Source of the DNA: a virus
Length of the DNA: 64,000 nucleotides
Reading direction: 5' to 3' (one strand)
Virus record (IMG/VR): IMGVR_UViG_3300012347_000106
Coordinates: 4,476-68,475 of that record
Shown: in pieces, positions 36,378 to 45,283 of the stretch
How positions within the stretch are numbered: position 1 is the first letter of the stretch
How the letters are laid out: every line of letters starts with the position of its first letter
The notes under the pieces: model-generated
The model's database searches: none
Seen by the model: only the letters and a program-made list of their open reading frames with translations
What the model was told of the DNA's origin: nothing
Translations under genes and position numbers: made by a program

Positions 36378-36638
36378 ATGACCGACCGAGTAATCAAAGA
36401 CGGCTACATCCGCATCGTGCACGACGACAGCGTGATCTGGTACATCGACAACGACAAAGAGAATTCCGAGTTCGTCGTTGCACGGTTCCCCTTTGTGCCT
36501 GACTACCACCTGTGCGACTTCGTGGATGACAACGACGACATGACCTCGTCCGACCTGTGCGAGCGACCCTTGCAACAGTTCAAAACCCTGACCCAAGCCC
36601 TCGCTGTACTCAAACCAACCGAAGGAGAGCAATCATGA
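36378..36638 (+). CDS. hypothetical acidic early protein
   Basis: Start at Met52 of the track ORF, directly after a motif copy (CTTTAAGGTTAAAAGT-ATG). 86 aa. Confidence 0.5.
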   Translation: MTDRVIKDGYIRIVHDDSVIWYIDNDKENSEFVVARFPFVPDYHLCDFVDDNDDMTSSDLCERPLQQFKTLTQALAVLKPTEGEQS

Positions 36639-37372
36639 CAGCACACACCAAACTCAAACTGCACCTCGAACGCTACGCATACAAGCGTGGCCGTAACACA
36701 GGCGAAGCCCCTGCCGATTCATCACGCAGAGGCAAGACACACTTCCGTGTCATCCAAGGTAACGGTGGGCAGATGCTGGTGCGTATGCACAGCGCAGACC
36801 TCATCACCGCCTATGAGGATGGGCGCATCGTGCTCGACACACGAGGCTGGCACGCATCGCCAACAACACGCTCGTGCATGAACGACGCACTGACTAGCTT
36901 CTTCGGCATGGGCTATCTGTTCAGCGTGCGTAAGGGTGGGTACTCGCAGACCGGCGTACGCATGAACGGCAAGACGTACAGGTACTATGACGGGATGGCG
37001 TTCGACGCCGAGGGCAAGCTGATGGGCCAAGCCAAGCAGTTCTCAGCCAAGCGCCCCGACCGTGAAGAAACCGCCGAGTTTCGTTTTGACATTAAACATT
37101 CGGGGTTCGTTGATATGTTCCCTGTTCTGTATGCGGCGGCCGAGGTTCCTGAGAAATCGTGGATTGCAATACCCACGTACAAAATCATGGCCTCTGACGT
37201 TCACTCCAACTACTGGCCTGACCTCGTGGCGCTTACAAAGTACAGCACCTACTGGGCACGGCATTGCAACAAACCATCGCACCCCGATCACAAAGCTGCA
37301 CTGAGGTCACTCATTGCAAGCCAAACCCGAACAATGACCAAGCTCGTCGATACCGACGAGACAGTCTTGTAA
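36635..37372 (+). CDS. hypothetical early protein
   Basis: 245 aa with a GAAGGAG SD and an ATGA overlap. Confidence 0.5.
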   Translation: MTAHTKLKLHLERYAYKRGRNTGEAPADSSRRGKTHFRVIQGNGGQMLVRMHSADLITAYEDGRIVLDTRGWHASPTTRSCMNDALTSFFGMGYLFSVRKGGYSQTGVRMNGKTYRYYDGMAFDAEGKLMGQAKQFSAKRPDREETAEFRFDIKHSGFVDMFPVLYAAAEVPEKSWIAIPTYKIMASDVHSNYWPDLVALTKYSTYWARHCNKPSHPDHKAALRSLIASQTRTMTKLVDTDETVL

Positions 37373-37391
37373 GCCGAGCGAAAGCTCAAAC

Positions 37392-37406
37392 CTTTAATCT
37401 TAAAAC
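37392..37406. repeat. palindromic early-region motif copy (variant CTTTAATCTTAAAAC)
   Basis: Upstream of candidate promoter P3. Confidence 0.5.
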
Positions 37407-37413
37407 TTAGGAG

Positions 37414-37442
37414 TAGACATGACAACCCATCGTCGGTAAAAT
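37414..37442 (+). promoter_or_regulatory. candidate promoter P3 (TAGACA-17-TAAAAT)
   Basis: Near-consensus elements with 17-nt spacing, about 25 nt upstream of gene 37465. Confidence 0.4.
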
Positions 37443-37464
37443 ACAGCTTTCACAGGAGCTTTTC

Positions 37465-37944
37465 ATGAACGCAAGTTACCGACACGGACAGTCCCCACGG
37501 GGCGCACAGACCAACATCTACCGACGTTGGCAACACATGATTCAACGCTGTCATAACCCAAAGGACAGAGACTACCCCCGATATGGTGGGCGAGGTATTT
37601 CCGTATGTGATCGTTGGCGATATGCAGACGAGACGCATACTGGGTTCGAGTACTTCCTCCTCGATATGGGGCTACCACCTAGCAGGTCACACTCGATTGA
37701 CCGCAAAGAAGTGGATGGGGATTACAGCCCCGAGAATTGCCGGTGGGCTACGCCTACTGAGCAAGCCAACAACCGTCGAAGCACAAAAATGCTGACCATC
37801 GACGGCGAAACAAAACCGTTATCTGACTGGTGCAAACAATACAGCATCGGCAGTAAGACGGTACTTTACCGCCTCAAGCACAGAGGCATGACCCCTAAAG
37901 AAGCAATCACAACGCCACTTACGTGGACAAAGGAAAAATCATGA
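37465..37944 (+). CDS. putative homing-endonuclease-family DNA-binding protein (YGGRGIxVCDRW motif family)
   Basis: 159 aa. IYRRWQHMIQRCHNPKDRDYPRYGGRGISVCDRW is the signature found in stand-alone phage proteins usually annotated as HNH/homing endonucleases. AGGAG SD. Confidence 0.5.
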   Translation: MNASYRHGQSPRGAQTNIYRRWQHMIQRCHNPKDRDYPRYGGRGISVCDRWRYADETHTGFEYFLLDMGLPPSRSHSIDRKEVDGDYSPENCRWATPTEQANNRRSTKMLTIDGETKPLSDWCKQYSIGSKTVLYRLKHRGMTPKEAITTPLTWTKEKS

Positions 37945-39008
37945 GCATGTCTATCAATCTGAACCAAGCCGCCACCCTGATTCGCAATGTCGGTACGACC
38001 AATACATTGTTGCTTCGCGGCACCCCCGGCATCGGCAAATCATCCATCTTGCAGACACTCGAACGTGAACTGCCGGACTATCAAATCTGCTACATCGACG
38101 TAGCCAACCTCGACCTCGGCGATCTGGGCATGCCTGTGATCGACAAAGACACAATGGTCACCAACTACGCACCCAACGCTCGCTTCGGTGTAGGCAAGGG
38201 CCAGACACGCCCTGTCGTGCTGATGCTCGACGAGTTGGGTAAAGCGTCACGCCCTGTGCTCAACATGCTGTTGCCTGTGATTCTCGAAGGTCGCATCGGT
38301 GATGTGCCCCTGCCTACCGGCTCCATTGTGTTCGGCACAACCAACCTCGACACTGACGGCGTGGGTGACAACATCCCAGCCCATGCGTTCAACCGTATGA
38401 CTGTCGTGACTGTGGCCAACCCATCGGCCGACCAGTGGATTGACTGGGCATCGGGCCACAACGTAGCCCCCGAGGTGATGGCGTTTGCCAAGCAGTACCC
38501 GCAGGTCTTCGACTGCTATGCAGACCTCGACAAGAAAGACAAGAACCCCTACATCTTCAACCCCATGACGGGCAACGTGCGGGCCTTCTGCTCACCTCGT
38601 TCACTGGTCAAAGCATCGAACATCGTCAAGCAACGCAGTGTGCTCGGCACCTCGTTGATTCCAGCCCTCGCAGGTACTGTCGGTGAAGCCGCAGCCCGTG
38701 ACATGGAAGCCCTCGTGAATCTGGCAGATCAGTTGCCACTGTTCGAGAACATCGTGAAGGCTCCGACCAAGACCAAGGTGCCCGATAGCGTAGGTGCCCT
38801 GTTCATCCTTGCGTTCATGCTGGCAGGTCGTGTCGATGCTGACAACCTCGACCCTGTGATGGAGTACGCCGAGCGTATGTCTGCTCAGTCATTCGAGGCG
38901 CATGCCCTGTTCGTTACATCCCTTGCATCCAACCGCGCCAAGGTGGGTATGGCATGTAAGAACCGTAAGTTCACTGCCGCCGCCGCCAAGCTCGGCAAAT
39001 ACTTTTAA
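37941..39008 (+). CDS. MoxR-like AAA+ ATPase
   Basis: Walker A GTPGIGKSS, Walker B VLMLDELGK, sensor/arginine-finger region. Length and architecture fit the MoxR/CbbQ family. Confidence 0.75.
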   Translation: MSMSINLNQAATLIRNVGTTNTLLLRGTPGIGKSSILQTLERELPDYQICYIDVANLDLGDLGMPVIDKDTMVTNYAPNARFGVGKGQTRPVVLMLDELGKASRPVLNMLLPVILEGRIGDVPLPTGSIVFGTTNLDTDGVGDNIPAHAFNRMTVVTVANPSADQWIDWASGHNVAPEVMAFAKQYPQVFDCYADLDKKDKNPYIFNPMTGNVRAFCSPRSLVKASNIVKQRSVLGTSLIPALAGTVGEAAARDMEALVNLADQLPLFENIVKAPTKTKVPDSVGALFILAFMLAGRVDADNLDPVMEYAERMSAQSFEAHALFVTSLASNRAKVGMACKNRKFTAAAAKLGKYF

Positions 39009-39017
39009 GGTTAAAAG
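39002..39017. repeat. palindromic early-region motif copy
   Basis: CTTTTAAGGTTAAAAG, 14 nt before the ATG of 39031. Confidence 0.65.
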
Positions 39018-39030
39018 ATAGGAGCACATC

Positions 39031-39531
39031 ATGAAATCAAACACTGACCTGACCCCCGAGACCAAAGACATCGACCGCGCTGCGGTCGTAGCCAAGTTCC
39101 GGTCAAACCTTGCGTCCCAAATGGAGACGGCACTCGACAGTTTTAACGCAGACAAAATCGTCCGGGAAATCGTAGCCGATGCCAAACGCCAACAAGAACA
39201 ATTGGTGATGCGGGTGATCGGGCTTGACACTAGATATGGCGGAAACTGGGAGGTCGATCACTGCAACGGACGCATGAGCAACATAACCGAGTTCGTCAAT
39301 CAAACGTGCGGCCCCATGCTGCGCGAAGCCCTTGCTGAGCTAATTAAAGATGAGGTCGAAGACCTGCGGAAGAAAGTTCGACCGAAACTCAAGGCCGCTA
39401 TCGTCAAGGAGTTAAACAACAACTGGAATCGGTCTATAGACACTGCCGCCGCAGAGGTTGTTAAGTCATTGGCCGCGCAGTGCGCGGAAGAATTTAAAGC
39501 CGACTTCTCCAAGGACAACGCATCATGCTAA
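39031..39531 (+). CDS. hypothetical protein (helical)
   Basis: 166 aa, preceded by a motif copy and a GGAG SD. Confidence 0.5.
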   Translation: MKSNTDLTPETKDIDRAAVVAKFRSNLASQMETALDSFNADKIVREIVADAKRQQEQLVMRVIGLDTRYGGNWEVDHCNGRMSNITEFVNQTCGPMLREALAELIKDEVEDLRKKVRPKLKAAIVKELNNNWNRSIDTAAAEVVKSLAAQCAEEFKADFSKDNASC

Positions 39532-39695
39532 TCATCGAACAGCAATCCAACGGCCAGAACATCGTGAAGATCAAGAAGGACTGGCACCCCAACCGCATCG
39601 GCAAAGCCTATGCACCGAGCAAGAACTACGTGGACAGCCGCTTCATGGAGAAGGTGCAGAGCGCACTGCTGTCTAAGCGAGGGTCAGGCAAATGA
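39525..39695 (+). CDS. hypothetical small basic protein
   Basis: 56-aa ORF below the track cutoff, translationally coupled at both ends (ATGCTAA / AATGA). Confidence 0.35.
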   Translation: MLIIEQQSNGQNIVKIKKDWHPNRIGKAYAPSKNYVDSRFMEKVQSALLSKRGSGK

Positions 39696-39970
39696 GAGAG
39701 TTCACCAAGCATGTGATCCTTGCACTCAAGGAAGACGATTGGATCATCAATAGTCGAGCGATCAAGCACGTCAAATCGTTTCTCGTCATTGAGACCGACG
39801 GCATGCAACCTTACGAGGTGCCGTTCAAGTTCACTTGGTGGGAGCGCCGAGTAGTCGGGTACTACGTGCGCAAACTGCGCGACCGCATGCTGATGGCTAA
39901 GCTCATTGAGTACAGGCTCAACCCACGCAAACCGTCGAACTACTCACACGAAGACACGTTTCTCAAATAA
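39692..39970 (+). CDS. hypothetical protein
   Basis: 92 aa. Confidence 0.45.
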   Translation: MREFTKHVILALKEDDWIINSRAIKHVKSFLVIETDGMQPYEVPFKFTWWERRVVGYYVRKLRDRMLMAKLIEYRLNPRKPSNYSHEDTFLK

Positions 39971-39986
39971 CTTTTAACCTTAAAGG
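39971..39986. repeat. palindromic early-region motif copy (reverse orientation)
   Basis: CTTTTAACCTTAAAGG, 10 nt before the ATG of 39996. Confidence 0.65.
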
Positions 39987-39995
39987 AAATCAATC

Positions 39996-40544
39996 ATGAC
40001 CGCTAACGCTTTTGACATGGTGCGCAAAATTCGCCACCTCCCCGGTTTGCAACTCAAAGCAACCATCGACCCAACACAAATCAGCAAGCGTGTGAAGAAC
40101 GCCGCGCAGAAGATGCTGCGCTCTGGGGTACTGGTGGGTGGCTACACAAGCAAGTCTCGTATGCTGGCTGAGCAGTTGGAGTCAACCTTTGGGCAGCCGC
40201 TCGTTGGTAGTGCGACTAACTGGGGTGCGTTTATCAGAGACATGTCTATGGTGCCCAAGGCTGGACGTGACCAGTTGGTGGAACTCCTCAACGCATCACG
40301 GCTGATCGAGCATGCGGGCCATCCGAACACCACCTACATCAACCCACGATACGAACGTATGGTGGAAATCGCCAAGAACACCCGAACCGGGAAGGTTTCG
40401 TTCAACGCATACAACAGAGACATGAACATTCAGATCATGGAGTTCGTGGGTTCCCTCCGCACACCTGAGCAGGTTGCCGCACATGCGGCGCTGGCCGACA
40501 GGCTGGATGATCCGAAGCCGTTCGCCATCAACATGTACGAATAA
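39996..40544 (+). CDS. hypothetical protein
   Basis: 182 aa, preceded by a motif copy (reverse orientation) and an AAGGAAA SD. Confidence 0.5.
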   Translation: MTANAFDMVRKIRHLPGLQLKATIDPTQISKRVKNAAQKMLRSGVLVGGYTSKSRMLAEQLESTFGQPLVGSATNWGAFIRDMSMVPKAGRDQLVELLNASRLIEHAGHPNTTYINPRYERMVEIAKNTRTGKVSFNAYNRDMNIQIMEFVGSLRTPEQVAAHAALADRLDDPKPFAINMYE

Positions 40545-40560
40545 CTTTTAACCTTAAAAG
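40545..40560. repeat. palindromic early-region motif copy (reverse orientation)
   Basis: CTTTTAACCTTAAAAG after the stop of 39996..40544. Confidence 0.65.
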
Positions 40561-40586
40561 AAAGCGCAGTAGGTTATAATACTGGC

Positions 40587-41075
40587 ATGAACACATTAAC
40601 TTATGACCGATTGCGCAAAGTCCTCAACTACGACGCACACACCGGCGTGTTTACTTGGCGAACCAAACTCAGCCGAAAGGTTGTTGTTGGCCGTGAAGCT
40701 GGCACGCTAAAACCCAACGGGTATGTATCCATTCGTATCGACCAAAAAGCGTACTACGCGCATCGCCTTGCGTGGTGCTATGTGTACGGTGACTGGCCGG
40801 ACGAAGAGGTCGACCACATTGATGGGGACAAGACCAACAACTGCATAGCAAATCTCAGGCAGGCCAGCCGTAAGCAAAACATGGAAAACCGTGTTCAGCC
40901 CACTGGCGCGTCTGGGTATCGTGGAGTTTGTTGGCTGAAGGCCAACCAGAAATGGCGGGCCAGTATCGTCCATAACGGAAAAAACATCTACTTAGGATTG
41001 TTCAACACGGCGGAAGAGGCAAGCGCTATGTACCGCGATGCCGCCGCTTTCTTTCATACACACAACAGGAGTTAA
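40587..41075 (+). CDS. HNH endonuclease with C-terminal AP2 DNA-binding domain (homing endonuclease)
   Basis: HNH core (AHRLAWCYVYG...VDHIDGDKTNNCIANLRQASRKQN) plus an AP2-type domain (SGYRGVCWLKANQKWRASIVHNGKNIYLGLFNTAEEASAMYRDAA). Confidence 0.8.
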   Translation: MNTLTYDRLRKVLNYDAHTGVFTWRTKLSRKVVVGREAGTLKPNGYVSIRIDQKAYYAHRLAWCYVYGDWPDEEVDHIDGDKTNNCIANLRQASRKQNMENRVQPTGASGYRGVCWLKANQKWRASIVHNGKNIYLGLFNTAEEASAMYRDAAAFFHTHNRS

Positions 41076-41077
41076 TC

Positions 41078-42268
41078 ATGAATGTAGCTGATCGAATCAA
41101 AAAATGTCACATCGCAATAATGCAACACAAGAAGTTCTGCGCTTACTCAGGCATCCTTGCCTGTGGCAAAGTAACTGTCAACACCGATGTACCAACGGCC
41201 GCAACAGACGGCTGGAACGTCATCTACAACCCCGAGTTCATCGCTGAGCACATGCCCACTGACCCGGAACTGCGCTTCCTTGTACTGCACGAGGCAACGC
41301 ACAAAGCATACCGTCACATGGTGACATGGCGCGCACTGCACGAGGAGAACGCACGGCTTGCCAACGTGGCCGCTGACTTCTTCGTGAACCTGACACTGCA
41401 GGACACTGATGACGGTGAAGGCTTCATCAAGATGCCCAAGATCGGCGTGCCCCCTGAGTCTAAGTACCGTGGCTGGTCTGTCGCCATGATCTACGCTGAC
41501 CTCAAGAAACAGATGGACGAGCAAGAGGCAAGTGGTGGGGGTGGTAACGGCAATGGTGGCGAGAACGGTGAACTCGACGAGCACGACTGGTCGGGCAACG
41601 ATGCCAACGGTGACCCCGCCAAGGAACAGCAACAAGCTGACGAGATTCAACGCGCCATCCGTCAGGGCGAGATCATGCGCAAGAAGCTGGCAGGTAAGGG
41701 TGCTGGCCAATCGGACGGCTTGTTCGGCGACCTCATGGCCCCCGCCATCGACTGGAAGAAAGTGTTGCGCGAGTTCATCACCGAGACATGCGCAGGTCGT
41801 GACGAGTCTTCATGGCGCAAGCCCAACCGCCGCTACCTCGGCATGGACATTTACATGCCCTCGATGGTCGGCACAACTATGACGGAACTCGTGATCGGCT
41901 TCGACACATCCGGCTCGATCTTCGGTGGCAACGAGATGACACGCTTCGTGTCTGAGATCAAGACCATCATCGAGGACGTCAAGCCAAGCAAGGTGCATGT
42001 GATCTATTGGGACACACGAGTTGCAGGGCACCAGACATTCGATGACGGACAGTTCGCTGTTCAGGAACTCAAGATCAAAGGCGGTGGCGGCACAGACGGT
42101 TCTGTGCTGTTCGACTACCTGCGTGACAAGCACATCAACCCACAAGCCATCGTGCAGTTCACTGACGGCTATGTCGGTAGCTGGGGCCGCACTGACGTGC
42201 CTACGCTGTGGGCCATCACATCGGACTTGGTGGCACCGTTCGGCACATCCATCAAGGTGGAAGTATGA
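41078..42268 (+). CDS. vWA-domain protein with N-terminal HExxH metallopeptidase-like domain (DUF2201 type)
   Basis: LVLHEATH zinc-binding motif in the N-terminal domain. The C-terminal vWA/MIDAS-like region is GFDTSGS...DG. This is the typical partner of MoxR ATPases. Confidence 0.7.
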   Translation: MNVADRIKKCHIAIMQHKKFCAYSGILACGKVTVNTDVPTAATDGWNVIYNPEFIAEHMPTDPELRFLVLHEATHKAYRHMVTWRALHEENARLANVAADFFVNLTLQDTDDGEGFIKMPKIGVPPESKYRGWSVAMIYADLKKQMDEQEASGGGGNGNGGENGELDEHDWSGNDANGDPAKEQQQADEIQRAIRQGEIMRKKLAGKGAGQSDGLFGDLMAPAIDWKKVLREFITETCAGRDESSWRKPNRRYLGMDIYMPSMVGTTMTELVIGFDTSGSIFGGNEMTRFVSEIKTIIEDVKPSKVHVIYWDTRVAGHQTFDDGQFAVQELKIKGGGGTDGSVLFDYLRDKHINPQAIVQFTDGYVGSWGRTDVPTLWAITSDLVAPFGTSIKVEV

Positions 42269-42504
42269 GTGAACTCCAGAAGCGGTGGACACGCGTTGAC
42301 CCCGAGGGTGGCGCGACTAGGTGGGTTCTCAAAGGGATAAGCGGGGGGTGGAACCGGGCGGTCATCAAGCGCAATCCCATTAGTGATGAGTGGAGGTTGC
42401 TCATTTGGGGCGACGGGGATTGGGGCAAGCCCATCGACGTAAAAACACTACGCGCTGCCAAAGCCCTCGGCCGTATCCTCGCCGCCACAGCGACAAACAT
42501 TTAA
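42265..42504 (+). CDS. hypothetical protein
   Basis: Start at Met20 of the track ORF (ATGA overlap). 79 aa. Confidence 0.45.
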   Translation: MSELQKRWTRVDPEGGATRWVLKGISGGWNRAVIKRNPISDEWRLLIWGDGDWGKPIDVKTLRAAKALGRILAATATNI

Positions 42505-42513
42505 GGTTAAAAG
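42498..42513. repeat. palindromic early-region motif copy
   Basis: CATTTAAGGTTAAAAG, then t, then the ATG of 42515. Confidence 0.65.
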
Positions 42514-42514
42514 T

Positions 42515-42667
42515 ATGACCGATAAGCGACGATACATCCAAGTGGTACTGCTGGGCATGCCCCGCGACCCCCGACTGGCGGATGCCGCCCTCTTCTTCTA
42601 CCACGCCGAGGTGCCTATGAATGAGGCACGAGGCTACCTCGAAACCCTTGCGAGAAAGATGAAATGA
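42515..42667 (+). CDS. hypothetical small protein
   Basis: 50-aa ORF just after a motif copy. Below the track cutoff. Confidence 0.3.
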   Translation: MTDKRRYIQVVLLGMPRDPRLADAALFFYHAEVPMNEARGYLETLARKMK

Positions 42668-42791
42668 AATACACAGGCCCTGCCAAACCTATCCCCACGC
42701 ACATTGAACTTGTCAGTGACAAAGCGGAGCGCATCGTGTTCCTGCTTGGACTGATTGTCGTGGCCCTTGACGTTTTTATTTGGAGACCGTA

Positions 42792-43067
42792 ATGAGCATC
42801 AAAGAATTTATCCGCCGCTGGTTGTTGGACGATGACCGCAAAGAAATCCGAGCCAACATTAACTTGCAGGAAACCGAACGACCCTCGACTACCCCTGTGC
42901 GTACGTTCACTGTGAGCGAGGCCATGAACGGCACGTACCTCACATTCCAACGGCGCAAGTACAACCCCAACGGGCCAGACGAGTTCCGGCACGAGATGTA
43001 CATCGTGCAGCCCGATGAGTCCTTGATTGATGCGATCAGCACTGTGCTGGTCTTAACGGAGAAATGA
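42792..43067 (+). CDS. hypothetical protein
   Basis: 91 aa. Confidence 0.45.
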   Translation: MSIKEFIRRWLLDDDRKEIRANINLQETERPSTTPVRTFTVSEAMNGTYLTFQRRKYNPNGPDEFRHEMYIVQPDESLIDAISTVLVLTEK

Positions 43068-43068
43068 C

Positions 43069-43458
43069 ATGGGATACAGATCAGATTTGAAGGTGCTCAT
43101 CTACCCCGATGCTTGCGCCAGCGAAGAGCAAATGCTGGAGAAGTACGAGCAACTCAAAGTGTTGATGGGCACTACGTTCAAGGAGGTAGTGGACGAATAC
43201 TTTGGCAGTTGTATGACATGGATGCACAAAGAGCATGCGCTGATGTTCAGTCTGGAGGGCGTGAAGTGGTACCCGGGCTACAAGGATGTGCAGATGTTCG
43301 AGAAGATGGTGGAGGCGTTTCGATCGGAGGAAGTCGCCGGTTACTGCACAGAGTACATACGCATCGGAGAGGAGAACGACGACGTTGAGGAGGGCCACAC
43401 GGGCGACAACAACCAGTACTACCTGTCTGTGCGGCGTTTGATCGACTGCAACATATGA
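43069..43458 (+). CDS. hypothetical acidic protein
   Basis: 129 aa. Confidence 0.5.
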   Translation: MGYRSDLKVLIYPDACASEEQMLEKYEQLKVLMGTTFKEVVDEYFGSCMTWMHKEHALMFSLEGVKWYPGYKDVQMFEKMVEAFRSEEVAGYCTEYIRIGEENDDVEEGHTGDNNQYYLSVRRLIDCNI

Positions 43459-43781
43459 CCAGCGACGACTTTGAATGGGTGGAGGATGGCTTTGACGTTC
43501 ACCGCCTCGCCCACAAGGAGCGCGAGATGACTATCGCGGTCATCAAGAACTTCAACGGGTGGTACATACAGGTGCAGGGGTCGTCACCCAAACGCGTACT
43601 GAATGTAGCCGATCACATTGACAGCCTCGAAGCGGCGAAAACCATCGCCATGATTCACGCTAACCAACACATGGATGGATACCCAGATGTCAACACTTAC
43701 CGCAAAAGAGCTATCCCTGCAGCACCCGAAACGGTTCCAGCAGGAGTATTCAAAATGGACAGAGTACGCCGCCGATTATGA
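43455..43781 (+). CDS. hypothetical protein
   Basis: 108 aa with an ATGA overlap upstream. Its 3' end overlaps the next ORF by about 100 nt. Confidence 0.4.
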   Translation: MTSDDFEWVEDGFDVHRLAHKEREMTIAVIKNFNGWYIQVQGSSPKRVLNVADHIDSLEAAKTIAMIHANQHMDGYPDVNTYRKRAIPAAPETVPAGVFKMDRVRRRL

Positions 43782-44313
43782 CTGGTGGGAATGGACGGAG
43801 GAACGACTGCGAGAGACGCTTGCACCTGCTGGTGTGCGTGTTACCCGCATCTTGTTCAGCCTGTCGTACAGCCAAGGGGACTACGCCACGTTCGAGGGGC
43901 GCATCAACATCGACATGTGGATGGAAGCCAACAAAGACGGCGACCAGACCTACGCAGAGAAGTACCCTGCCGTGCATCTTGCTGTGCGGGATTATGGCGA
44001 CTACGCATCGGCCACGACGTACAACCGTTCGTGCGGGGCGCGGGTCAACTTTGACGGCAACGTCATCGGCAACACCTACCCCACGGGCATCTTTGCAGGG
44101 CTTGAGCAGGAGGCATGGGACGATCTGGTCGAGGAACAGTTCTACAGCGCGGGTTTTGAGCAAGCGTTGCAGGACTACGTGGACGACATATCACGTCAGC
44201 TCTACCGCGACCTGCGGGATGAGTACGAGCACCTGACCAGCGAAGAATCATTCATCGAGTCGTGCGAATGCAACGACGTAACTTTTGAAATTGAAGAGGA
44301 GTGCACAGCATGA
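43675..44313 (+). CDS. hypothetical acidic protein (start uncertain)
   Basis: 212-aa ORF. Its first Met is far inside the preceding ORF and no alternative start follows that ORF's stop. Confidence 0.4.
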   Translation: MDTQMSTLTAKELSLQHPKRFQQEYSKWTEYAADYDWWEWTEERLRETLAPAGVRVTRILFSLSYSQGDYATFEGRINIDMWMEANKDGDQTYAEKYPAVHLAVRDYGDYASATTYNRSCGARVNFDGNVIGNTYPTGIFAGLEQEAWDDLVEEQFYSAGFEQALQDYVDDISRQLYRDLRDEYEHLTSEESFIESCECNDVTFEIEEECTA

Positions 44314-44573
44314 AATACAAAATATCCGTAAGCGGCATACCGCTCATCCTGAACGAGGCGCAGATGAACCTGCTATTGACCGCAGTGCAGGACGCTGAGC
44401 AACTGGCCGAGAAGCATGTGGGCAACCACAAGGGGTCGCAGGGGTACAACAACGCGTACATCCCCACTGTCGAGGTCAAGCAACCGCATGACTGGCTGGG
44501 TGTAACCATCGTGGCCGATGACTTCGTTGACGCCACCAAGTTGGCCATGAAGTTGGACCGCGATGAGAGTTAA
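44310..44573 (+). CDS. hypothetical protein
   Basis: 87 aa with an ATGA overlap. Confidence 0.45.
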   Translation: MKYKISVSGIPLILNEAQMNLLLTAVQDAEQLAEKHVGNHKGSQGYNNAYIPTVEVKQPHDWLGVTIVADDFVDATKLAMKLDRDES

Positions 44574-44835
44574 GTGGGAGATACATGGCAGGAACAACGA
44601 CGTCCAAGAACTTTACATCCGGTTCAGTGACGGGCAGACCAGCGAGTGGCGCATCGTAGGGTGGGTGCAGGAGTGTTCGTACCCCAAGCACGGCTTCCTC
44701 GTCTACTGCCACTGGATAGGCGCTGCGCCTGACTACCCCGAAGGTAAATTGTTCGAGACGGCTAAGCAAGCCCGACGTGCACTCAAAGCATCCGCAGTCG
44801 TCGCCGTTGTCGGCGGCTTTCGCGGCATCAAATAA
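44563..44835 (+). CDS. hypothetical protein
   Basis: 90 aa. Confidence 0.45.
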   Translation: MRVKWEIHGRNNDVQELYIRFSDGQTSEWRIVGWVQECSYPKHGFLVYCHWIGAAPDYPEGKLFETAKQARRALKASAVVAVVGGFRGIK

Positions 44836-44836
44836 A

Positions 44837-44852
44837 CTTTTAAGGTTAAAAG
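44837..44852. repeat. palindromic early-region motif copy
   Basis: CTTTTAAGGTTAAAAG, then aa, then the ATG of 44855. Confidence 0.65.
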
Positions 44853-44854
44853 AA

Positions 44855-45283
44855 ATGAATGACATGACACTACTGACCAAGATTGTAGTCGGAGACGACT
44901 ACGGGGCCCCGGCCATTGATGCCGCCATCGGGAAAACAATCAGCAACATGGCGCTTACCAACGACGTGCTGCACATTACGTTCACCGATGGGTACAGGCT
45001 GAACATCTCTGATGAAGGGCAGTCTTGCTGTGAGCATCGGTACATGACCACAGACGACGTGATGGACGAGTACGTAGGCGCGGTGCTGGTAAGCGTATCG
45101 GTTCTGGATGCGCCGAACATCGAGCAACTGCCAGACGAGACCGGCTACTGCAGTGCCGACGAGCATGAGGTGCAATTTCTGCGCATCACCACAAGTAAGG
45201 GTGACGTAACTTTCGTTACCCACAATGAACACAACGGCTACTACGGTGGCATTTCAGTCTACGCCCGAGGAGAAAACACATGA
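44855..45283 (+). CDS. hypothetical protein
   Basis: Start at Met27 of the track ORF, directly after a motif copy. 142 aa. Confidence 0.5.
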   Translation: MNDMTLLTKIVVGDDYGAPAIDAAIGKTISNMALTNDVLHITFTDGYRLNISDEGQSCCEHRYMTTDDVMDEYVGAVLVSVSVLDAPNIEQLPDETGYCSADEHEVQFLRITTSKGDVTFVTHNEHNGYYGGISVYARGENT

